Assembly: GCA_041662545.1 (NCBI GenBank)
Contig: JBAZSH010000004.1
Coordinates: 1,803 to 65,802, forward strand
Length of the DNA stretch: 64,000 nucleotides
Origin: Minisyncoccota bacterium
GTDB lineage: Bacteria; Patescibacteriota; Minisyncoccia; Phycocordibacterales; DSPV01
Reading direction: 5' to 3'
The translations under genes and the position numbers were made by a program. Each line of letters begins with the position of its first letter. Position 1 is the stretch's first letter. Positions 47,522 through 55,910 of the stretch are shown one piece after another. Below the pieces are notes generated by a model. It was given only the letters and a program-made list of their open reading frames with translations, made no database searches and was not told the DNA's origin.

Positions 47522-50500
47522 ATGTTCACAAACAGAAAAAACTTTTTTATCATCCTTTACGTCATTACATTTATATTTGTGGGGCTGATTACTTTTGCTG
47601 TTCCGGTGAATAGTCAAACGGGGACAAATCTTATTACTTTTTTTGTCAATGGTAGTCCCCATTCTTACAATACATTAAATTCGAGTGGTAATAATATCAT
47701 TCAAGCAGTTGAAACTTCAGGACCGCCAAATACAGCAGGTGGCGCTGTTTCAAACCCTATTATATATCTTAACGAGGGCCAACCATACACACTTACCTAT
47801 ACACTTACTCTCAATTCAGGCACTGCTCCTAATATTCGATTGGTTAGTGGTCGAGATGGCAGAAGCAATTATACATATCCACAAAATTCTGGATTGAATA
47901 TTGTTGCGCAAACCGGAACTCGTTCTTATGTATTTACACCAACATTTGCAAGTGGATATTTAGAAGTTTCAGTTACCAGTGGTGCAAAAACAAACTTCTC
48001 TATGACAAATATCAGTGTTGTCTATTCGGGAACTATCAAGGAATATACAGGTAAGTATGTGATCGAGAGTCCGAGTTCGAGCCCTTTTGTTTCGTCAACT
48101 TGCCTAGATGGTTCGGCTCTAGTTGGTTTCAATCTTGACAATATGGGTGATAATTATAAAAAAATTGGCAGTTTGTATTGTTGGGGAACATCTGCAAATT
48201 TAGGAGATTTGGGACCCGTGACTCAACACTCAAATAAGTTTGTGGTTGAAAGTCCAAATCAGATTGATTTATCAACTTGTCCAAGCGGTTCGGTTTTAGT
48301 TGGATTCAATCTTGATGATATGGGTGACGATTATAAAAAAACCGGTAGTTTATATTGTCGTGAGTTTCAAGGTGGAACAGTAAATTTGGAAACTGTCACG
48401 AAGTACCCGAATAAATATGTAATTGAAAGTCCCTATCAAATGACTTGGGGGACTTGTCCAAATGAATCGGTTTTAGTTGGATTCAATCTTGATAATGTTG
48501 GTATAAATTTTTCCAGAACTGGTAGTTTGTATTGTCGTAAAATCACATTAGCTCCTCCTCCACCAACCAGCATCCCCCACTCCACCACTTTTAATTTGAC
48601 GGTAACGGAATCAACAAAGCCCGCGCCGACGAATGTTACTGTTGTACAAGGGCCTTGTAATGGAACAAGTGCGACAAGCGCATCGCTGGAAATCTCGTGG
48701 GATAAGATTCAAACAGCAAAAGAGTATAAATTATATAGAATACCGACAACTCCAGCCGAAAAAACTTCACCTGTTACCGTTGAACAGCCGACTTCTGGAG
48801 CAACAAAGGTGGTGTATCTTGATAAAGGTTTAGTCAGCAAAAGTGATCTTGGTTACGGCTATGAAATTTCAGCGGTGTATCCTAATGGAGAAAGCATAAA
48901 AGTAAAAAGTGTTCCTTGGGCTAATCCAACTAAAGAATGTCTGTCTAACGAGTCATCTGTATCTTTGTCTTGTTCCGGTATATCAGACTATCTTCCTGCT
49001 TGTGTGGTGGAATACAACAGTAGCTTGGTTGATGGTTTGGTAAGTTTAACTCCCATTGGTAGTGGTTGGAATTCCTGTACGCCAAGTTCAATTCCAACGC
49101 ACTCCGGCTGGAATGGGGGAATTGGAACATGGCTTGTCAGTACGCCTATTATTAACCCAGCTTATGTCTATCCAACATCCTCGAATCTTTTAGCTTATTA
49201 CAAATTTGACGACGGCACAGCGCCCGACTTTTCTGGTAGTGACAATAATGGAACAGTAAATGGCGCGACTGCCACAGCAGGGGAGTTTGATGGCGCCTTG
49301 TCTTTCAACGGAACGACTAATTATGTTGATACAAAAGATTTTAGTTTTAGCAAAGATGAAAGTTTTACTTTTAGTGTCTGGGCAAAGACCCCATCATTTA
49401 CGGCATCTAAAGTTATATTCGGTAAACCAAACCCCAATTGGGAATATACTTTTATGACAGACGGGACAAATGCTGTCCGGTTTGTGTATTGGAATACTAC
49501 TGGGAGCAGGGGGGCAATAGAAATGTATTCCCCTTCTAATTCATTCCCAAACAATACTTGGACTCATTTTGTAATTTCGTATAATGGCCCAGCAAAACAG
49601 GCAAAAATGTATATAAATGGAATTGAAAAAGCCAGTCATAGTAGTGTTAGTGATGCATTTCAAAATAGAACAAACAATCTATGGATTGGGGCTGGTTATT
49701 ACGCTTGGGCGCAAAGATATTTCAACGGAAGTATTGATGATTTCCGCATATACAATAGAGCACTAACGGCAAATGAAGTCCAAGCACTTTATTATAATGA
49801 CTTTAAAGCTTCGGGTGATAAATATGCTGCAGGCTCGCTAATTAAAAACCAATACGAGTTTAAATTCAGTTGTGAAAAGGATGGGGGATTGTCGTATGAC
49901 TTTGAAAAAGTAAATGTCTGCGTCAAACCACCCGTCGTGCCAATCACCGCAACGGCGCAAGATTCTTCCTCCATTAAAGTAGAATGGACCAAACCTAATA
50001 TTGACCCTGTTTTTGATTTAACTTATACCCTTAAGCGATGGAGCACTAATCCCAACGATAAATTCACTGTTTGTAGCGACAAAAACATAAACAAATGCAC
50101 TGATGATAATTTAAGTGCCAACACTAATTATACATACCAATTAGAAACCTCCACAACCAATTTATGCGGAACGGGATTGTTAACATCACTTTCAGCGACA
50201 AAAAATGTTACAACTCCTGTTCTTGTAATTCCTGATTTTAGCTTATCGGCCACTGGTCCAATCAAAATAACTTCCATTGGTAGCACTGCTGGTAAAAGTT
50301 CCACAGCTACAACTATAACAATCAACCCAAGTGATGGTTTTGACAAAAATGTCCAATTATCTCTTGAGTCTGTCACAAAAAACGGCGCGACAATTGAAAT
50401 AGCAAAATTTATTCCTAACTTTTCATACGACAATCTTGATAAGAATAAATATCTAACTGGCTCCACACTGACTATTAAATCTAATGAGATTAGTCCTATT

Positions 50501-50614
50501 GATGGCGGAAAATATATTCTAAAAATCAAGGGGGTGGGGGATGGGGTAGTGCCTAAATACGCGACAGTAGAGCTAACAGTCAACGCTTTCTCATTCTTCT
50601 ACCGAGAATATTGA
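47522..50614 (+). CDS. Large surface protein: three ~50-aa Cys repeats, FN3-like, LamG/concanavalin-like and Ig-like domains
   Basis: Signal peptide from MFTNRK; 3x KYVIESP..TCP..SVLVGFNLD..GSLYC; LAYYKFDDG..ALSFNG..WTHFV..FNGSIDDFRIYNRALT. Confidence 0.82.
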   Translation: MFTNRKNFFIILYVITFIFVGLITFAVPVNSQTGTNLITFFVNGSPHSYNTLNSSGNNIIQAVETSGPPNTAGGAVSNPIIYLNEGQPYTLTYTLTLNSGTAPNIRLVSGRDGRSNYTYPQNSGLNIVAQTGTRSYVFTPTFASGYLEVSVTSGAKTNFSMTNISVVYSGTIKEYTGKYVIESPSSSPFVSSTCLDGSALVGFNLDNMGDNYKKIGSLYCWGTSANLGDLGPVTQHSNKFVVESPNQIDLSTCPSGSVLVGFNLDDMGDDYKKTGSLYCREFQGGTVNLETVTKYPNKYVIESPYQMTWGTCPNESVLVGFNLDNVGINFSRTGSLYCRKITLAPPPPTSIPHSTTFNLTVTESTKPAPTNVTVVQGPCNGTSATSASLEISWDKIQTAKEYKLYRIPTTPAEKTSPVTVEQPTSGATKVVYLDKGLVSKSDLGYGYEISAVYPNGESIKVKSVPWANPTKECLSNESSVSLSCSGISDYLPACVVEYNSSLVDGLVSLTPIGSGWNSCTPSSIPTHSGWNGGIGTWLVSTPIINPAYVYPTSSNLLAYYKFDDGTAPDFSGSDNNGTVNGATATAGEFDGALSFNGTTNYVDTKDFSFSKDESFTFSVWAKTPSFTASKVIFGKPNPNWEYTFMTDGTNAVRFVYWNTTGSRGAIEMYSPSNSFPNNTWTHFVISYNGPAKQAKMYINGIEKASHSSVSDAFQNRTNNLWIGAGYYAWAQRYFNGSIDDFRIYNRALTANEVQALYYNDFKASGDKYAAGSLIKNQYEFKFSCEKDGGLSYDFEKVNVCVKPPVVPITATAQDSSSIKVEWTKPNIDPVFDLTYTLKRWSTNPNDKFTVCSDKNINKCTDDNLSANTNYTYQLETSTTNLCGTGLLTSLSATKNVTTPVLVIPDFSLSATGPIKITSIGSTAGKSSTATTITINPSDGFDKNVQLSLESVTKNGATIEIAKFIPNFSYDNLDKNKYLTGSTLTIKSNEISPIDGGKYILKIKGVGDGVVPKYATVELTVNAFSFFYREY

Positions 50615-50718
50615 CTTTTGTCTTAAAAAATGTTCTGTTGTTGCTTTAGCTTTCTTTTTGTTGTATCATTACGATAGAAGATGCTTGTCAACAACAAACA
50701 ATGGGAGGAGAGTAAGCT

Positions 50719-51762
50719 ATGAAAAGATTAGTGTTTTTTGCCTTTATTTTAGTGGCAGGGGCGCTCTTCGCTTCCGCCGCTATTTACCCAAATCGGGTTA
50801 ACTGGCTTCCAACAACGGAAGTGGACATCGTGTCCTACAAACGCGCGGAGATCAACAAAATCCGGATCAATCTCTATGTGTTGAATGTTAACGGAAATTA
50901 CAACCCTGTTGATGTTTCCGCCAACACTGGATTATACAGATGGAAGGTAGCAAGTTGGGATCTTGAAGGGGTAACTTCCAACAAGATTTCGTCCTACTTG
51001 AACAGTTTTCTTGCGGGCGATGACCCTGGAACCAATTCCTACTATGTGATGATTACGTGGGAGGCGTGGTATGACTCCGATGGGATTTCCTGCACTTTTG
51101 CTCCGAATGGTTTTTGGGGCATAAACCAAGTTCTTGGAACCCAAGTGATAGCCAAGTCCCCGATGTTCTATTTTCCGAGATTGAACGGCAAACCGGTTAT
51201 TCCGGCAGAAGCGTTTAACTTGTCGGCAAACTGGACTTCAGGATACGCTGGAATTCCAGCAATCGGTAAAGGAATCAAGTGGGTGGATTACTTGGGACCA
51301 GTGTGTGGATACATTCCAACAAAAAATGGTGGCAATCCGACTGGTTTCCCAGGAAATCAAAACAATGGGTTCATCTATGTAAGCACCCAGACAATCTTAG
51401 ATGCCGCCAAGGTTGCCAAAGAGACGGGAGAGAAAGCCACCTTTACCGTCTGGTACGACGAAAGTCGGACCGACGGCACCGAGTGGAATCTCGCCAACAG
51501 TGTGAAGCGGGAGATTATCCCGCCACAACTCTCCATCAGCGGTCCTGAAAACGGACTGCTGAAAATCGCGTTTTCCGGCATTTTGTCCGGAAGCGCTTAC
51601 ACATTGGAGCGTTCTCCGATGCCAAGCTTTCCGACGACAAACATCGTTGGAACAGTTATCTCGGACACAAACGGGATTGCGGTTTGGTACTACAATCTAG
51701 TTCTCGCTCCGAGAATGTTCTTTAGAGCTCGTCCCGCGACAAGCGGAGAAACGGCTCGCTAA
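50719..51762 (+). CDS. Secreted hypothetical protein with C-terminal PQLSI...YTLERS...MFFRA domain
   Basis: GGAGG RBS, signal peptide, hairpin terminator at 51792-51820. Confidence 0.75.
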   Translation: MKRLVFFAFILVAGALFASAAIYPNRVNWLPTTEVDIVSYKRAEINKIRINLYVLNVNGNYNPVDVSANTGLYRWKVASWDLEGVTSNKISSYLNSFLAGDDPGTNSYYVMITWEAWYDSDGISCTFAPNGFWGINQVLGTQVIAKSPMFYFPRLNGKPVIPAEAFNLSANWTSGYAGIPAIGKGIKWVDYLGPVCGYIPTKNGGNPTGFPGNQNNGFIYVSTQTILDAAKVAKETGEKATFTVWYDESRTDGTEWNLANSVKREIIPPQLSISGPENGLLKIAFSGILSGSAYTLERSPMPSFPTTNIVGTVISDTNGIAVWYYNLVLAPRMFFRARPATSGETAR

Positions 51763-51847
51763 GTCAAGGCCTTACCTTGACCTAACTATCACCCCCCGAT
51801 GCTCATCGGGGGGATTTTTTATTAATTTTTTGGTCTAATGGTAAATA

Positions 51848-53449
51848 CTATTTCTTTCCACTCAAACCAAACCTTACATCCCACATTTCTGGTAGATTAT
51901 GTTTTTTGTGCCATTCCAAGTACAAATCATCAGCGCTCATTGTGATGTAATCACCTTGCGAATAGCCAAGACCAGAAGCAATCTTATGAATATCTTCAGG
52001 TTTACCCTCTATTTCAATCCAGCAACCAAATGGGTATAAATCAAGAGTTATTTCAGAAGAAGTTTTATCTATAAACAATACCCTGATCTTCTCGTAAGAA
52101 TTTTCTTCCACAAAATCTCCTTGAAGAGATATCATGGCAAGTGCTTCATCAAAACAATTTCCCTTATATACTATTTCCTCAATTTCCTTTTTTACCCCAT
52201 TTTCAATAGAAACTCGATACTTGTTGGTAGCGTCGATACTCTGAAACTCAAAATTATCTAGAATCCGAAGACGAATTTTCTTTTTATCTTCTTTTCTGCC
52301 ATAAACGATATCGCGAATATATTCAGTTCTGGAATAAGAGGTAATTTTTCTAATCTTTTTCAAAACTGAAGAAATGTCTGATACGGGAAGTTTTATTTCT
52401 TGTTCCGTGTGAGAATGGTCGCGTTGCACAACATAAGTCACTTTCTTGCCATCTTCCAAAACTGGAAGTGGATGTAAACTGGGGGGAGTTATAGTCCTGA
52501 AAACCTCCACAACCAACATAGTGGGGAAATTGGGATGAGTTTTGATAATATCAACTTCGTGATGATCTTCAGGTATTGTTGTTACATGTTGGTAGTAGAT
52601 TTTTTCTTTAATTTTTATGGGAATAAATTTATGTCTTAAATCTTTTACTAAGAGTGGCTTATTAATTCCACCAGCAATAGTAGTACTTTTCGTCTTTGAA
52701 TACATTGGCATGGTTGTTGTAAAAAGAGCTTCTATCCCTTTTGATTTATAGTGTTTGGCGACCAAACCATCCATTAAAGAGATGGCATTAGTGGGAGAGC
52801 CCGGTAAAGTATAAAATCGGGTCAGTTCAATGGCCTTATTTGGATCAATTCCATTCGCAAGTAAAGCGTCTCTTTTGTATTGTTTTGCTATGGCCGATGG
52901 CTCAGTGGTTTCAATAGCCCACGGCATGTCATCACCCGAAAAGTAAAAACCGAAAGTCTCTCCTCTGGGACGGTCTCGGTGTATATAATGTAAGTCACTT
53001 GAAAATAACGAAATAATTCTCTCATCGTGAACAATTCTAAACTCAACATTGAAAGACCTGTTCGCATTTTTTGCAACCAACTTTTCGTTTTCCCAACATA
53101 ATTCCAGTCGATCTTTTACATTAAGATCATGATATTTTCCTTTTAATCCTCGGAAAAGATACTCCAAATCGAAATTTGATTTTTCAAGGCGATTTTCAAT
53201 TAATTTCAGTTGTTCTTCAATAATAAACTGAATCACCTCGTCGGTAATATCTTTAGGGTCAAAAGTTGTTAATCTGAATAAGGTTTGATGTTCCAAATCT
53301 TGAGGGTCATATAATTTATCTTTTGGTAAAAACAAATTAACCTTTTTTCTTAATTCAGAAATAGTCGAATTTGATCCCCACATCTTTTCCAAATCATAGT
53401 TAATGACATTTAAGGAGAGTCTTTTCTGCTGTTCTTTAAGAGATGCCAT
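51848..53449 (-). CDS. Putative Mom-like GNAT domain fused to a C-terminal CYTH domain
   Basis: CYTH: EQEIKL, IRLR, YEKIR, ITLDLYPFGCWIEIEG. N-terminal part: LHYIH...IELTRFYTLPGSPTNAIS (tentative). Confidence 0.65.
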   Translation of the reverse strand: MASLKEQQKRLSLNVINYDLEKMWGSNSTISELRKKVNLFLPKDKLYDPQDLEHQTLFRLTTFDPKDITDEVIQFIIEEQLKLIENRLEKSNFDLEYLFRGLKGKYHDLNVKDRLELCWENEKLVAKNANRSFNVEFRIVHDERIISLFSSDLHYIHRDRPRGETFGFYFSGDDMPWAIETTEPSAIAKQYKRDALLANGIDPNKAIELTRFYTLPGSPTNAISLMDGLVAKHYKSKGIEALFTTTMPMYSKTKSTTIAGGINKPLLVKDLRHKFIPIKIKEKIYYQHVTTIPEDHHEVDIIKTHPNFPTMLVVEVFRTITPPSLHPLPVLEDGKKVTYVVQRDHSHTEQEIKLPVSDISSVLKKIRKITSYSRTEYIRDIVYGRKEDKKKIRLRILDNFEFQSIDATNKYRVSIENGVKKEIEEIVYKGNCFDEALAMISLQGDFVEENSYEKIRVLFIDKTSSEITLDLYPFGCWIEIEGKPEDIHKIASGLGYSQGDYITMSADDLYLEWHKKHNLPEMWDVRFGLSGKK

Positions 53450-53455
53450 GATAGA

Positions 53456-53974
53456 ATGTTTAATAATAACTCAATAACCTCAATGACAACTATATCACAC
53501 AGAGATAATGCCGAAAAGTATGAAGATGACCTAAAACGAACAGCAGGCGACGCTTTATTTGCTATTTCAAAAATGCCAAAGCCTGTTATTTTGTTTTCTG
53601 GACCGATATCGACTGGTGGTTTTGGTTCTGTCGCAAACAACATAGAATGTCTATTATCTTTTATTTCTGAAAGCTCAAAAAGGGAAATTTCGGTATTCAA
53701 TCAAATCGTATATGAAAGACGGCTTGATTGTATTTTGAAAGACCATAAAGATTACGACTATCCTTTACTAAATTATTTTTATAAACCAATTCTAGAATCT
53801 AGAAAAATAAATGGGTTAGTTTTTTTACCTCTTTGGCAATCAAGTGTTGGAAGCACATGGGAACATAATTTTGCGACATCGATTGGAATCCCAATATTTT
53901 ATTCGGAACACATGCTTGTTGAAGAAGTTGAAAAATTTTACTCGGACTTGAAAAATAAAATTAAACCTTTTTAA
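53456..53974 (+). CDS. DUF4406 / nucleoside deoxyribosyltransferase-like protein
   Basis: LFSGPISTGG...LVFLPLWQSSVGSTWEHNFA..IGIPIFY; start uncertain. Confidence 0.7.
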   Translation: MFNNNSITSMTTISHRDNAEKYEDDLKRTAGDALFAISKMPKPVILFSGPISTGGFGSVANNIECLLSFISESSKREISVFNQIVYERRLDCILKDHKDYDYPLLNYFYKPILESRKINGLVFLPLWQSSVGSTWEHNFATSIGIPIFYSEHMLVEEVEKFYSDLKNKIKPF

Positions 53975-54089
53975 CAGATACTGGCGATAGCAAATTTAGG
54001 TTAGATTTTATTTTCATAAATAATTTTAAAAATCTTGCTTAAAAAGGAAAAAAGAGATAAAGTTTATAAAGTAAAAAATTTATTTATAC

Positions 54090-54165
54090 GCTGGGATAGC
54101 TCAGTTAGTAGAGCATTCGCCTGAAGAGCGAAGGGTCCCCGGTGCAAACCCGGGTCCCAGCACCA
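54090..54165 (+). tRNA. tRNA-Phe(GAA), CCA encoded
   Basis: GCTGGGA/TCCCAGC acceptor, anticodon loop CTGAAGA, T-loop TGCAAAC. Confidence 0.92.
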
Positions 54166-54283
54166 AAAAAGTTAGTTTCAAAAAAATTCTAGCGCAAGGG
54201 TAGGGGTGCGCGATTGATGGCTGTCTCGTCTCAAAATGTATATTGTGCGACACGACTATATATTATTCCTGCGCCGCCATATC

Positions 54284-54490
54284 CTACTTATCTTTGCCAA
54301 TTAAACCACTTGCCTTCTCCCAAACCCAACCCAAACCGGCTTTGGTGACACTCCAGGCATAACCTAAATTTTTCTGAATCAGCGGCGATTTTATCCGCTC
54401 CTCAATGTCCACACCAAACAAACTCAAAATCACGAGAGAAATAACTATAGCCAAAATCATTTTTACAAACCCTCCCCTATTTTTATTCAT
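54284..54490 (-). CDS. Small membrane protein with pilin-like N-terminus
   Basis: MNKNRGGFVKMILAIVISLVILSLFG. Confidence 0.7.
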   Translation of the reverse strand: MNKNRGGFVKMILAIVISLVILSLFGVDIEERIKSPLIQKNLGYAWSVTKAGLGWVWEKASGLIGKDK

Positions 54491-54519
54491 ATTTTTTAAC
54501 TACATACTAATAATACTGA

Positions 54520-54643
54520 GACAAATTCGTTGAAGGTGCATATTTTTTGGAGGCTTGCGAGCGCGACTGGCGCGAGCACGAGGAAAATTTCAGTAGAAAT
54601 TTATCCGTGCTCCAGAAAAATATGTGCCGAAAAAGAATTTGTC
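54520..54643 (+). repeat. ~125-nt structured dispersed repeat, copy 3
   Basis: gacaaattc/gaatttgtc ends; same core as copies 1 and 2. Confidence 0.9.
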
Positions 54644-54644
54644 C

Positions 54645-55910
54645 TCATAAATACCTCAGTGGATCCAAATACGCCTTCGGATCGGCAATCGGCATATGAT
54701 AAACACCACCGCACACCTTACTCTTCCTATCCATCACCTGCACACCTTGAGTTGCGTAAACCGTAAAGTGAAGGTGAGGTCCCGTCGAGTAACCAGTCGC
54801 CCCGCTGTAACCGATAACCGCCCCCGTCGCCACCGGCTCTCCTTCACTGACTTTTATTAATGAGAAGTGAGCATATAAAGTTGACAGGCCATTGTTGTGT
54901 TCAATCAAAACCCATTTGCCATAGGAAGCGTTGGGGCAAACTTGATCGGTGTCGCCAGCACCCTTCACTACCCCATCCAGCGCCGCTTTGACTGGCGTGC
55001 CAACCGAAGCCCGAAAATCCACGCCGTTATGTCCATAACCATTATACACCCCAGGATTAGCGCTGGAAAACGGCGTCGTGCCAAATTTTTGAGTGATATA
55101 AACATTATCCAACGGCCAATGTAAAACACCTGAACCGTAAGCCGGCAATCTCGTCGAGTCAATGGCAATATTAAGAGCAAATTCAAAATCTGCCAATTCT
55201 TTTTCAAAAGCATCCTTAAGCGCCTGTTTTTCCGCCAAAGTTTTCTGATAATTAGCTTCTTTACTTTTAGTTACCGAAAGCAAAGTGTTGGTTTGATTTT
55301 TATTGTATTCAATAATTGATTTCTGGTCGGTTAAATTGCTACGGAAAGTTACCAAATTTTTCTTCTTCGCTTCCTCCGATCTTTTGTCCATTTCTAAACC
55401 GGCTTTAAGTATCTTAATCGCTTCCAACGCTTCGCCCACACCAGTCTTAAGCTGACTCATCGCCTCCAAATCATTCCAAAGTGTTGAAAAATTTCCACTA
55501 AGGGCAGCTTCCACAAGGGTGTTACCTTCCAATTGATAAATCTGGCGAATGGTACTGGCAATTTCTTGCCGCCGAGTCACAATATCCGCTTCTTTGTGAT
55601 GAATAGCCAAACCCAATTCTTCAATACTCAAAGACGCAGAGGCAATTTGATTTTCTGTCACCTTAAGCTCGGCGGCGAGTTTTTTCCTGGTATTTTCCAA
55701 CTCATTAATTTTCGTCTGTAGGGTCTGTTTTTCTGCCCCAGCCACCAAAAGTTTTTCTTGGTAAACGGCAATTTCCTTTTCCAAATCAGCAATAGCATTA
55801 CTTCGTTCAAAAATTTTTGCTTGTAATTCATCAATAGTCGCCGCCCTACCCACCAACGGCACCACAAAGAAAAAAACTGCCAAGAAAAAAATTACGAAAT
55901 TCTTTGTCAT
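54645..55910 (-). CDS. Coiled-coil M23 family peptidase (murein hydrolase)
   Basis: Signal peptide, coiled coil, HNGVD, YAHFS, STGPHLHF. Confidence 0.92.
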   Translation of the reverse strand: MTKNFVIFFLAVFFFVVPLVGRAATIDELQAKIFERSNAIADLEKEIAVYQEKLLVAGAEKQTLQTKINELENTRKKLAAELKVTENQIASASLSIEELGLAIHHKEADIVTRRQEIASTIRQIYQLEGNTLVEAALSGNFSTLWNDLEAMSQLKTGVGEALEAIKILKAGLEMDKRSEEAKKKNLVTFRSNLTDQKSIIEYNKNQTNTLLSVTKSKEANYQKTLAEKQALKDAFEKELADFEFALNIAIDSTRLPAYGSGVLHWPLDNVYITQKFGTTPFSSANPGVYNGYGHNGVDFRASVGTPVKAALDGVVKGAGDTDQVCPNASYGKWVLIEHNNGLSTLYAHFSLIKVSEGEPVATGAVIGYSGATGYSTGPHLHFTVYATQGVQVMDRKSKVCGGVYHMPIADPKAYLDPLRYL

